The notes below the pieces were generated by a model. It saw only the letters and a list, made by a program, of their open reading frames with translations, was not told the origin of the DNA and did not search any database. Shown one piece after another: positions 1 through 8,687 of a stretch of 64,000 nt of DNA; the first letter of the stretch is position 1, and each line of letters opens with the position of its first letter. The stretch spans positions 139,919 to 203,918 of the forward strand of contig CAYNVO010000001.1 in assembly GCA_964400675.1 (NCBI GenBank), read 5' to 3'. The position numbers and the translations under genes were made by a program. The DNA comes from an uncultured Dehalococcoidales bacterium. GTDB lineage: Bacteria; Chloroflexota; Dehalococcoidia; GIF9; UBA5629.

Positions 1-1838
1 TATACAGTCTTTGCGGTGCACAGTAATCCCCTGACTCCGGGTAATATAACCGATAATAGGGTCGCCAGGCAAGGGATTGCAACAGCGGCCTAATTGAGTA
101 AGCAAGTCACCAACGCCGAGAACCTGAATTCCTGCCGCAGTAGTCCTATCGCTGCGTACGGTTTTGGTTATAGAAGGGATTTCTTCCGGTTCGATGGCCA
201 ATTTGAGCGCCAACTGATGTGTGGTAATGCCGCCATAGCCAATAGCTGCCAGAAAATCATCAGAGCTTTCATAATTGAACAGGCGTGCCGTTTCCTCGAT
301 ATTGGTTATGGCAATGTCAAGCCGCTTGAGTTCTCTGTCCAGAATCTGTTTACCGCGTTCTATGTTCTGTGTTCGTTCCTGTTTCTTAAACCACTGGCGA
401 ATTTTTTCTCGGGCGTGGGAAGTCTTGACAAATCCCAGGTCGGGGTTGAGCCAGTCAAGGCTGGGACCCTTGCCGACCTTAGCGGTCATAATATCTATGA
501 TTTCGCTATTCTTGAGTTCGTAGTTCAGGGGCACGAGCCTGCCGTTTACCTTGGTGCCTATGCAGCGATGTCCTAACTCGGTATGGATGCGATATGCGAA
601 ATCCAGTGGAGTGGCGCCTTTGGGCAGAGCTTTTATTTCACCTTTGGGGGTATAAACAAAGACCTGGTCAATGAAGACATCAGTTTTTAACGATTCGAGG
701 AATTCCTCGCTGCCAAGCTCGCTTTGCCACTCAATTAGCTGACGTAGCCAGGCTATCTTGTTTTCGAAGTGTGTATCCTGTTTGGCACCCTCCTTATAAC
801 GCCAGTGGGCAGCCACACCGAAATCGGCAGTTCGGTGCATGCTATAGGTGCGGATTTGTATTTCCAGTGGAGTTGTTCCCTGGCATAGCACTGTGGTGTG
901 CAGTGACTGGTATCCGTTGTCTTTAGGATTGGCGATGAAGTCGTTAAACTCCTCGGGAATAGGATGCCACAGGTTGTGGATAGTACCCAGCGCTTTATAG
1001 CAGTCCGGGATTGTGTCTACCAGTACCCGGAAAGCGAAAAGGTCATGAATGTCGTCGAAGTCTCTGCCTTGAGTCGCATATCGGTTCATTTTATTACAGA
1101 TGCTGTAGATATGCTTTGGTCTGCCTATGATTTCTGCCTTTATATCGGCTTTGTCCAGTTCTTGTTTTAATATCTGTGTAATTTCATTAATAAAAGCCTC
1201 TCGTTGCGTTCTGCGGGTGGCCAGCAAGCGAGCCACTTTATGATATTGGCGTGGCTCAAGGTAGCGGAAAGATAAATCCTCCAGTTGCCACTTTATCTGC
1301 CAGATACCCAGGCGGTGGGCAAGAGGCGCATATATATCCAGTGTCTCTTGGGAAATGCTGCGCCGTTTCTCCGGTGACAGAGGTGCTAAAGTTTGCATGT
1401 TATGCAGCCTGTCGGCCAGTTTGATAAAAACTACCCTCAAGTCCTCTGCTGTAGCTATCAGCATCTTTCGCAGGTTCTGGGCTTGAGATTCTCGTTTCCT
1501 GGCTTCACCACGGCGCAAGGATAATTTGCCCAATTTGGTGGCGCCATCAACAAGCTTGCTTACCTCCGGACCGAATTTAGCCTCGATTTCGGACAGGGGC
1601 ACGTGGCAGTCTTCGGGCACATCATGGAGCAAGGCTGCGGCTAAAGTGGCGGCATCAAGCTGAAGGTTGGCTAGAGTGGTAGCTGTCTGTAACGGATGGT
1701 CTAGATACGGGTCGCCGGACTTCCGCACCTGTCCTTCATGAGCTTTTAGGGCAAATTCATATGCTGCCTCAACCAAAGCCACTTTGGCAGGAGGCAGGTA
1801 TTCGTTGGCTTTTTCCAGGAGGGCGACAGCATCCATCT
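1..1838 (-). CDS. relA: bifunctional (p)ppGpp synthetase/hydrolase, RelA/SpoT family; 3' (C-terminal) end runs off the window
   Basis: Reverse-strand translation from the ATG at 1838 gives MDAVALLEKANEYLPPAKVALVEAAYEFALKAHEGQVRKSGDPYLDHP...LLHDVPEDCHVPLSEIEAKFGPEV (HD hydrolase motif), then ...RVLVDTIPDCYKALGTIHNLWHPIPEEFNDFIANPKDNGYQSLHTTV (RelA/SpoT synthetase motif). Not in the ORF track because there is no stop inside the window. Confidence 0.85.
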
Positions 1839-2065
1839 CAATCCCACTCCGCCAGTATAATAATGCAAACGAAGCGGCATATGCAAATTCAGACTTACTC
1901 GAAAATTTTTGTCTTAATCTGAACAGCCAGAGTCTTACCCTGATTATAGTTACTCATAATCTGAAGCTGGCTAAAATAGCTCAAAGGTAATACAATTGAG
2001 AGATGGCGAAATGGCTCGCAAATATTCGAGCCATAATTCACCAGGAAAAGCAGGGAGTTAAGTTA

Positions 2066-2995
2066 ATGGCTAAAATGGCTAAAGATATTACAGAGCTTAT
2101 CGGAAATACTCCTCTGGTCAGGTTGAACAGGATAACAGCAGGCGCCAAAGCCGAAGTCGTAGCCAAGCTGGAGTTCTTCAACCCTTGCAGCAGCATTAAG
2201 GACCGCATTGCAGTGTCTATGATTAAAGCCGCTGAAGACCAGGGGTTAATAAACAAAGATACGGTGATTGTCGAGCCTACCAGCGGCAACACCGGTATCG
2301 CCCTGGCTTTTGTCTGTGCATCGCGCGGTTATCGCTTGATACTAACCATGCCGGAGACGATGTCAGTGGAGCGAAGGCATATTCTGTCTTTCCTGGGTGC
2401 CGAGCTGGTGCTAACGCCCGGTGGTGAGGGCATGTCCGGTGCAGTACGGAGGGCTGAACAACTGGTAGCCGGGAACAAGAATTACTTTATGCCACAGCAG
2501 TTCAAGAACCCGGCGAATCCTGAAATTCACCGCCAGACCACTGCTGAGGAAATCTGGAAGGACACAGATGGTAAGATAGACATTCTGGTAGCCGGTATTG
2601 GAACAGGCGGCACCATCACCGGTGTAGCTGAGGTGATTAAGAAGAGAAAACCTGGATTTAGGGCTGTTGCCGTCGAGCCGTCTGATTCGCCGGTTCTTTC
2701 CGGCGGCAAAGCTGGCCCGCATAAAATTCAGGGCATAGGCGCCGGTTTTATTCCCGATGTACTGAAGCTGGAGCTGGTCGACGAAATCATCAAGGTAACC
2801 AGCGATGATGCCGGTGCCACAGCCAGGAGGTTAGCCAAAGAGGAGGGGATACTGGCCGGCATATCTTCCGGTGCCGCAGCCTGGGCGGCTCTTGAGGTTG
2901 CCAAGAGAAACGAGAACAAGGGTAGGCTCATCGTGGTGATTTTACCCGATACCGCAGAGCGTTATATATCCACCTGGCTTTTTCAGGAGCTTTGA
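2066..2995 (+). CDS. cysK: cysteine synthase A (O-acetylserine sulfhydrylase)
   Basis: Translation [20 protein letters not shown]...SSIKDRIA...[11 protein letters not shown] is the PLP-dependent CysK/CysM signature. The internal ATG at 2066 is the likely start of the 2003..2995 ORF. Confidence 0.9.
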   Translation: MAKMAKDITELIGNTPLVRLNRITAGAKAEVVAKLEFFNPCSSIKDRIAVSMIKAAEDQGLINKDTVIVEPTSGNTGIALAFVCASRGYRLILTMPETMSVERRHILSFLGAELVLTPGGEGMSGAVRRAEQLVAGNKNYFMPQQFKNPANPEIHRQTTAEEIWKDTDGKIDILVAGIGTGGTITGVAEVIKKRKPGFRAVAVEPSDSPVLSGGKAGPHKIQGIGAGFIPDVLKLELVDEIIKVTSDDAGATARRLAKEEGILAGISSGAAAWAALEVAKRNENKGRLIVVILPDTAERYISTWLFQEL

Positions 2996-3165
2996 TTTTC
3001 CTGTGCCAGGCATTCGACCAACTGAGCCAATAGGACTATAATATAGCGAATACCCGCATTGCGGACAGAGTTAGCTATAATTTCAAACGGAGGCAAGAGT
3101 AAAAATCGTCACATTTCTCTATTTGCTATACTCGCAGCTCACCGAATTCAACGGAGGATAAGGGT

Positions 3166-3600
3166 ATGGGTAAAATTATTGCCGTCTGCAAAAGCGATGA
3201 AAGAGGAACCAAGAAGGAAGACGTAAAAGAAGGTATTCTGGAGGAAGACTTCGGCCTCGTCGGCGATGCCCATGCTGATTCCTGCACGCATCGGCAGGTG
3301 AGCCTGCTGGCCGTGGAGAGCATCGATAAGATGCGGGCGCTGGGACTGGAGTTAAAGCCGGGCGATTTCGCCGAGAATCTGACTACTGAGGGAATAGAGT
3401 TGATGTCTCTGCCTGTGGGCACGAGGATGTCAGTCGGCGAGCAGGTCGTACTGGAGGTCACTCAAATCGGCAAGGAGTGCCATGCCGGGTGCGCTATCTT
3501 CCAGCAGGTGGGCAAGTGCGTCATGCCTGAAGAGGGCGTGTTTACCAGGGTGATAAAAGGCGGCACTGTCAAATCTGGAGACCACATAAAGGTGGGGTGA
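3166..3600 (+). CDS. MOSC-domain protein (molybdenum cofactor sulfurase C-terminal domain, YiiM-like)
   Basis: 144 aa; the GDFAENLTTEGIEL...CHAGCAIFQQVG pattern is typical of the MOSC beta-barrel. RBS ggaggataagggtATG. Confidence 0.65.
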   Translation: MGKIIAVCKSDERGTKKEDVKEGILEEDFGLVGDAHADSCTHRQVSLLAVESIDKMRALGLELKPGDFAENLTTEGIELMSLPVGTRMSVGEQVVLEVTQIGKECHAGCAIFQQVGKCVMPEEGVFTRVIKGGTVKSGDHIKVG

Positions 3601-3601
3601 G

Positions 3602-4393
3602 ATGGCGGGCGAGGTAGAGAGGGTTCCCATATCGCGGCTTACCGAGGAGGGGAAGAGCCGCACCGATGATGTCGTTGTCAGGGAATTCCTCCTTACAATC
3701 GTATTTAATAACCAGGAGCTGGTAACTTTGCTGTGTTCTCCGGCAAATCTCGATTATCTGGCGGTCGGTTTCCTTTCCTCCGAGGGGCTACTGAAAAGCA
3801 AAGATGACATCAAAAAGATAACGGTTGACGAGCGGCGAGGCGTTGTCCGCGTAGAAACAGAAACGGAGAAAAAAGGGGCTGGCGAGCTGGTGTTTAAGCG
3901 GCTGATTACATCGGGCTGTGGCAGAGGCACTTCTCTTTACAGCGCCGCTGACGTCGGCGGAGGGATAAAAGTAGAATCTCAAACCAGAATATCGGCTATT
4001 GAGGTCTTCGAGCTGGTAGCCGAGTTTCAGCACCGGTCGCAGATTTTCAGGGCTACAGGCGGTGTCCACAGCGCGGCGTTATGCGATACCGGGGGCATAC
4101 TGATTTTCAGAGAAGACATAGGCAGGCATAACGCCATCGACAAGATTTTTGGAGAATGTATCTTGAAAGATATATCTACTGCTGACCGCATACTGGTTAC
4201 CAGCGGCAGAGTTTCATCGGAGATATTGTTTAAAGCGGCTAAAAAGAATATTCCCCTGCTTATCTCAAAATCAGCGCCCACCGACCTAGGTGTGAAGCTA
4301 GCCAGCGATTTGGGCGTCACACTTATCGGTTTTGTCAGGGGAAAGAGGATGAATGTTTACGCAAATGATTGGAGGTTAGCTGACCATGGATAG
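3602..4393 (+). CDS. fdhD: formate dehydrogenase accessory sulfurtransferase FdhD
   Basis: 263 aa; contains IFRATGGVHSAALCD and IGRHNAIDKIFGE, conserved FdhD motifs. Abuts the MOSC gene with a 1-nt gap. Confidence 0.8.
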   Translation: MAGEVERVPISRLTEEGKSRTDDVVVREFLLTIVFNNQELVTLLCSPANLDYLAVGFLSSEGLLKSKDDIKKITVDERRGVVRVETETEKKGAGELVFKRLITSGCGRGTSLYSAADVGGGIKVESQTRISAIEVFELVAEFQHRSQIFRATGGVHSAALCDTGGILIFREDIGRHNAIDKIFGECILKDISTADRILVTSGRVSSEILFKAAKKNIPLLISKSAPTDLGVKLASDLGVTLIGFVRGKRMNVYANDWRLADHG

Positions 4394-5306
4394 AGAGCCA
4401 GAGCTGGCTGAGAAAATCTTGAGGTTAAAGAAAAAGAGAAATGCCGTCATACTCGTCCACAATTATCAACTGGGCGAGGTGCAGGATATAGCCGACTTTG
4501 TTGGCGATTCGCTTGACCTCAGCCAGAGAGCCGCCAAGACCGGTGCCGACGTCATAGTTTTCTGCGGCGTCCATTTCATGGCGGAGACGGCGTCGATTCT
4601 GTGTCCAGATAAGACGGTCTTGCTGCCGGACCTGCACTCTGGCTGCCCCATGGCGGATATGATAACTGCCCCACAGCTTCGCGCCAAGAAGAAAGAGCAT
4701 CCACAGGCTACGGTGGTCTGCTATATCAACTCCTCTGCGGCGGTTAAGGCTGAATCCGATGTTTGCTGCACCTCTGCCAACGCGGTTGGTGTTATTGAGA
4801 GCCTGGATGCGGATGAGATACTTTTCGTCCCTGACCAGTACCTGGGGCATTATGTTTCCACCAGGACGGACAAAAAGATGGTTCTCTGGCCCGGCTTTTG
4901 TCCCACCCACGCCCGGATACTGCCTGAGCATATCATCCAGCTAAGGCAGGAATATCCCGAGGCTAAGGTGGTAGTTCACCCGGAATGCAAGCCCGGGGTG
5001 ATAGCCCTGGCTGACGAGGTATTGAGCACCAGCGGCATGATAAAGTTTGCCGGCAGGGAAGATGTTCAGCAGGTGATAGTGGGCACGGAGGTAGGCATAA
5101 TCTACAGGCTCAGAAAAGAGAATCCGGACAAGAAGTTCATACCTGTATCAGAGCAGGCTATATGCCCCAACATGAAGCTAATCACACTGGAGAAAGTCCT
5201 GTGGTCTCTTGAGGAGATGGCGCCTGAGGTCAAGGTTCCGGAGAAAATACGCCTCAAGGCAAAAAAGGCTGTGGACAGGATGCTGGCAGTGGGCAGGAGC
5301 GCATGA
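4386..5306 (+). CDS. nadA: quinolinate synthase A
   Basis: 306 aa; VILVHNYQLGEVQDIADFVGDSLDLS...VIVFCGVHFMAETASIL and three-domain repeats typical of NadA. Confidence 0.9.
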   Translation: MDREPELAEKILRLKKKRNAVILVHNYQLGEVQDIADFVGDSLDLSQRAAKTGADVIVFCGVHFMAETASILCPDKTVLLPDLHSGCPMADMITAPQLRAKKKEHPQATVVCYINSSAAVKAESDVCCTSANAVGVIESLDADEILFVPDQYLGHYVSTRTDKKMVLWPGFCPTHARILPEHIIQLRQEYPEAKVVVHPECKPGVIALADEVLSTSGMIKFAGREDVQQVIVGTEVGIIYRLRKENPDKKFIPVSEQAICPNMKLITLEKVLWSLEEMAPEVKVPEKIRLKAKKAVDRMLAVGRSA

Positions 5307-5632
5307 AAGATACCGGCAAGGTCGTCATCTTCGTTACCGCCAACTCTGAGGAAGAAGCCCGCAAGATAGCCGACCAATTGCTCACCAGTAGAAAAGCCGC
5401 CTGCGTAAACATCGTGCCAAAGGTAAACTCCTCTTTCTGGTGGCAGGGCAAGCTGGACTCGGCACAGGAAAGCCTGCTCATCATCAAGACCAGAGCCTCG
5501 CTGCTTCAAGAGGTCATTGACCTGGTCAAAGCAGCTCACAGCTACTCAGCCCCCGAGATAATCGCCCTGCCCATCATCGGCGGCAATGAGGATTACCTCA
5601 AGTGGATTGATGACGAGGTTAGGGAAGGCTGA
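5303..5632 (+). CDS. cutA: divalent-cation tolerance protein CutA
   Basis: 109 aa; VVIFVTANSEEEARKIADQLLTSRKAACVNI...WWQGKL matches the CutA1 family. Start overlaps the nadA stop. Confidence 0.85.
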   Translation: MKDTGKVVIFVTANSEEEARKIADQLLTSRKAACVNIVPKVNSSFWWQGKLDSAQESLLIIKTRASLLQEVIDLVKAAHSYSAPEIIALPIIGGNEDYLKWIDDEVREG

Positions 5633-5759
5633 ACAAAACGTCAAAAAGTGCATCTGGTGAGAATCTTGTAGAAGGGACTGGAGTTTAGTAAACTTACCCC
5701 AACTTTATAGTGATTCATGATTGGTTTCACGATTATCTAATGTTTGGAGGTGGGAGACA

Positions 5760-6209
5760 ATGATAGACCAGAAAAAGCAAGTCGCAAAAGAGGCCAAGCG
5801 TGAAGAGAAGCGCATTGCGGAAAAAGCTGCGCGACTAGCCAGAGAGCAGGCAAGAAGAAAAACTGATCTGGCCAGAGAGCAAGCGATTCAAAAAGAGCAA
5901 GCAGCAAGAGGGGCCAAGCGTGAAGAGAAGCGCATTGCGGAAGAACCTGCGCGACTAGCCAGAGAGCAGGCAAGAAGAAAAACTGATCTGGCCAGAGAGC
6001 AAGCGATTCAAAAAGAGCAAGCAGCAAGAGGGGCCAAGCGTGAAGAGAAGCGCATTGCGGAAGAACCTGCGCGACTAGCCAGAGAGCAGGCAAGAAGAAA
6101 AACTGGTCTGGCTAGAGAACAGGCAATAGCCGAAGATCAGGAGGCGAGAAGGCGAGAAATCGAAAAAGCGAAAATCAACCACCAGAATAAGCTAAAGAGG
6201 TATGGGTAG
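5760..6209 (+). CDS. hypothetical highly charged coiled-coil protein built from perfect 40-aa tandem repeats (KREEKRIAE.ARLAREQARRKTDLAREQAIQKEQAARGA)
   Basis: ORF 5721..6209; RBS ggaggtggga precedes the ATG at 5760. The DNA contains 2.6 copies of a 120-bp unit, each encoding 40 aa in frame. Confidence 0.5.
   Translation: MIDQKKQVAKEAKREEKRIAEKAARLAREQARRKTDLAREQAIQKEQAARGAKREEKRIAEEPARLAREQARRKTDLAREQAIQKEQAARGAKREEKRIAEEPARLAREQARRKTGLAREQAIAEDQEARRREIEKAKINHQNKLKRYG
5792..6110. repeat. tandem direct repeat, 120-bp unit x about 2.6 (copies 1 and 2 differ at about 3 positions; copy 3 diverges in its last third)
   Basis: The unit starting ggccaagcgtgaagagaagcgcattgcgg recurs at 5792, 5912 and 6032. 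Confidence 0.9.
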
Positions 6210-6227
6210 TAGGCAAGCCTGTGCATC

Positions 6228-6372
6228 GTTTGCAATTGCGCCTCATTTAGTATACACTAGAAGAGGTGGTTTTTAGTTTACGTTACTTCTTACTTGCCTA
6301 GATCCTCTTAGATTTTTCCAAGTTTCGGGTGACCATAACTCTAACCAACTATTTTAAAAGAGGAGGTCATCC
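6228..6372 (+). promoter_or_regulatory. putative promoter (TTGCAA-N15/17-TATACA/TACACT) plus a conserved long 5' leader of zinc-ribbon gene copy 1
   Basis: The segment aligns with 7588..7734 upstream of paralog 2: shared ttagtRtaYaStagaagWggtggtt...ggtgacc..aactc.aaccaacta...aagaggaggtcatccaATG. Confidence 0.4.
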
Positions 6373-6564
6373 ATGAGTTTCGAAGATAAATCGATTCAGT
6401 GTTCCGATTGTGGTACTACCTTTAGCTTCACTTCCGGGGAACAGGAATTCTTTGCATCTAAAGGTTTTACCAACGAACCTAAGCGTTGTGTTCAGTGCCG
6501 AAGAGCTAAGAAACAACAGAATAGTGGTTCAACCAACTATGCGTTCAGCGACAGTAGAAGATAA
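6373..6564 (+). CDS. small CxxC...CxxC zinc-ribbon protein (paralog 1 of 3)
   Basis: 63 aa; SIQCSDCGTTFSFTSGEQEFFASKGFTNEPKRCVQCRRAKK. Strong RBS aagaggaggtcatccATG. Paralogs at 7735 and 22549. Confidence 0.65.
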   Translation: MSFEDKSIQCSDCGTTFSFTSGEQEFFASKGFTNEPKRCVQCRRAKKQQNSGSTNYAFSDSRR

Positions 6565-6589
6565 GTCAAATAATAGTTGACTTGACCTT

Positions 6590-6634
6590 GAGGACATACA
6601 TAGGCCCGAAATTGTGTGGCTTATGTGTGTCCTC
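6590..6634 (+). terminator. conserved hairpin downstream of the zinc-ribbon gene (stem gaggacatacataggcc / ggcttatgtgtgtcctc); terminator or RNA-stability element, no U-tract
   Basis: An imperfect 17-bp inverted repeat sharing the ACATACATAGGCC core with the hairpin at 7955..7990. Confidence 0.4.
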
Positions 6635-6799
6635 ATACAAGCTGTTAACGAGGAGCTTTGATAAAATGATAGATACTCTTAACAGCGACCATGGTAATTT
6701 GGGAAACAGTGTACCTCTGGTAGAACTGCGTACATGTCATTCCGTACTTAGTTGATTACATATACTTTTTCATCTCGTTACACAAAAAGGAGCGGGAAA

Positions 6800-6991
6800 A
6801 TGAAGTTTGATAAAAGTAAGGGTTTTTGCAATGGGCTTTATGTTCACAATGGAGGATGTGAGGTTACCTTTCATTCATTGAAGCATACAAATAGTGAGGT
6901 TACTATAAGAAACTGTAAAAAGTGTACTTGTCCTTTAGCTAGAAGCCATAGGCAACAATATTCTGATGAAAAAAGAGGGATTATTAAATAA
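6800..6991 (+). CDS. hypothetical small Cys-rich protein (63 aa) in an AT-rich segment
   Basis: RBS aaaaaggagcgggaaaATG at 6800. MKFDKSKGFCNGLYVHNGGCEV...CKKCTCPLA has 6 Cys. Local GC is well below the window average. Could be spurious. Confidence 0.3.
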   Translation: MKFDKSKGFCNGLYVHNGGCEVTFHSLKHTNSEVTIRNCKKCTCPLARSHRQQYSDEKRGIIK

Positions 6992-7381
6992 GGATAAAAT
7001 GACATTTGGATGATTTAATGATGCGAAACAATTCAGTAAGACCTGATATTGACAAAAAGTATCGTGTACATATCATCGTGGAGGTCACTAGTTCTAGATC
7101 CATCCTTAACAACCAGCCAATTTGTGTATAAGAATGGAAGAGCTTAAATATACATTTTTTACCATACTAAATATTTCTATTACGAGAGGCCATTTGATCT
7201 TAAGAATTCAATGAGCTCCGAAGATGATATGGCCTCTCCAAGCATAACTTGAGTTAACTCACGAAAATAAAGGAGTATCTCTGCAACAACTTGTGCTTCA
7301 ACCATAGACCCTGTTTTCCCGTTTTGATCTGTGTAATTAAAGGCCACCCCAGACTTAGTATCAGAAAGCACTTTAATCGCT

Positions 7382-7451
7382 GCGGCAATGAGGATTACCT
7401 CAGGTGGATTGATGACGAGGTTAGGGAAGGCTGAACAAAACGTCAAAAAGT
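7382..7451. repeat. 70-bp direct duplication of the cutA 3' end (copy of 5580..5649; 1 mismatch), including the stop codon and 17 nt downstream
   Basis: ggcaatgaggattacctcaRgtggattgatgacgaggttagggaaggctgaacaaaacgtcaaaaagt is present at both sites. Confidence 0.9.
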
Positions 7452-7587
7452 TACTACTTAGGCAACAAAAAGACCCACCGTGCAGGAGTAAGCAATAATT
7501 CATGTCATTAGTGTTAAGCAAGCGAAGGCTCCTTGGATTTGACCATGGCAATCTTTCTTATTGGGAAGCTTGTCCAGGCTTTTGCAA

Positions 7588-7734
7588 AGCGGGGCGTTTT
7601 AGTGTATAGTAGAAGTGGTGGTTCCAGTTTAGGTTATCACGTACTTAGTTAAATTACTTTAGATTTACCCAACTTACCCAAGCTCCGGATGACCCCAACT
7701 CCAACCAACTACTCGTAAGAGAGGAGGTCATCCA
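7588..7734 (+). promoter_or_regulatory. putative promoter (TTGCAA-N17-TATAGT) plus a conserved long 5' leader of zinc-ribbon gene copy 2
   Basis: Aligns with 6228..6372; the same RBS context aagagaggaggtcatccaATG. Confidence 0.4.
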
Positions 7735-7941
7735 ATGAGTTTCACAGATAAATCGATTCTCTGTCCCGATTGCGGGACCACCTTCACCTTCACTGCTGGG
7801 GAACAAGAATTCTTCGCGTCTAAAGGCTTTACCAACGACCCTAAGCGTTGCCCTCAGTGCCGACAGGCTAAGAAACAACAGCGCGGCGATTCACAAGGTG
7901 GCTACAGCCACAGCAGCACCAGACTTAGTAGGGAATACTAG
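7735..7941 (+). CDS. small CxxC...CxxC zinc-ribbon protein (paralog 2 of 3)
   Basis: 68 aa; SILCPDCGTTFTFTAGEQEFFASKGFTNDPKRCPQCRQAKK. About 75% identical to paralog 1 over the N-terminal 45 aa. Confidence 0.65.
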   Translation: MSFTDKSILCPDCGTTFTFTAGEQEFFASKGFTNDPKRCPQCRQAKKQQRGDSQGGYSHSSTRLSREY

Positions 7942-7954
7942 TTTGGCTTTAAGC

Positions 7955-7990
7955 ACATACATAGGCCGGGGGTACGTGGCCTATGTATGT
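7955..7990 (+). terminator. perfect 13-bp stem hairpin (acatacataggcc / ggcctatgtatgt) between the zinc-ribbon gene and the RRM gene
   Basis: Inverted repeat read directly; the same core as the hairpin at 6590..6634. Confidence 0.45.
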
Positions 7991-8023
7991 TACACAGCGT
8001 GCTAATAGAAGGAGGAGCAAAAC

Positions 8024-8317
8024 ATGAATATCCACGTGGGCAACTTATCGGCTGATGTAACTGAAGAGGAACTGCGGGAGGAGTTCAAGGCTTTTGGAGG
8101 AGTCACTTCCGTAAACATCATAAAAGACAAGTACAGCGGGCAATCCAGGGGATTTGGCTTTGTTGAAATGCCATCTAAGCCTGAAGCCGAAGCTGCAATT
8201 GCCGGCCTCAAAGGAAAAACGCTGAAGGATAGGACGCTCGATGTTAATGAGGCTCGCCCTCGCTCCGACAGCAGAGGCGGAGGGTTTAGCGGAGGAGGCA
8301 GACAGAGAAGATACTAA
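8024..8317 (+). CDS. RRM-type RNA-binding protein with a Gly/Arg-rich tail
   Basis: 97 aa; MNIHVGNLSADVTEEELREEFKAFGGVTSVNIIKDKYSGQSRGFGFVEM carries RNP2 (IHVGNL) and RNP1 (RGFGFVEM). C-terminal RGGGFSGGGRQRR. RBS aggaggagcaaaacATG. Confidence 0.85.
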   Translation: MNIHVGNLSADVTEEELREEFKAFGGVTSVNIIKDKYSGQSRGFGFVEMPSKPEAEAAIAGLKGKTLKDRTLDVNEARPRSDSRGGGFSGGGRQRRY

Positions 8318-8687
8318 ATCGCGTCCTCATCTACAGGCTTAAGACATATAGTATTGATACTTAGCATACAACTGACCGAACAAGCGGGGGTTAGTACATT
8401 GTCGATGGTAATAGAATGATAATCGCGCCAGGATAGAGCGCTTTTATTCTCTTTTAATTATGAAAGACAACGGTGGTCTAAACTCTGAAGACATCCTAAG
8501 CATGAGGTCTGAGGTTGAGTCACTTACACTTCCCAAGACAGCTTGAGACACTTTTCACGACGAGGAGACAGAAGAAGATATTACCGAATCTGACTCTTCT
8601 TGGGAAGCTGAAGAATCTGCTGACCTTGAAGATGAGTGGAGAGATAAGGATGAGTGGAGAGATAAGACAGAAAGAGGAGCTAAGTCT

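Noticed and set aside
94-1990. Plus-strand ORFs 94..576, 275..523, 964..1170 and 1784..1990
   Set aside because: They lie antisense to, or overlap, the relA/spoT gene, which is clearly coding on the minus strand. Their translations are low-complexity with no motifs.
3000-3165. Possible Moco riboswitch in the 165-nt leader before the MOSC/fdhD genes
   Set aside because: The context is suggestive (molybdenum-cofactor-related genes), but I cannot recognise the conserved Moco RNA motif by eye. It needs a covariance-model scan.
5737-6093. Minus-strand ORF 5737..6093 (118 aa)
   Set aside because: It is the antisense of the 120-bp repeat gene. Its periodic translation is an artefact of the repeats.
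7180-7551. Minus-strand ORF 7180..7551 (123 aa)
   Set aside because: It runs antisense across zinc-ribbon leader 2 and the duplicated cutA fragment. It has no RBS or motifs and is likely non-coding.
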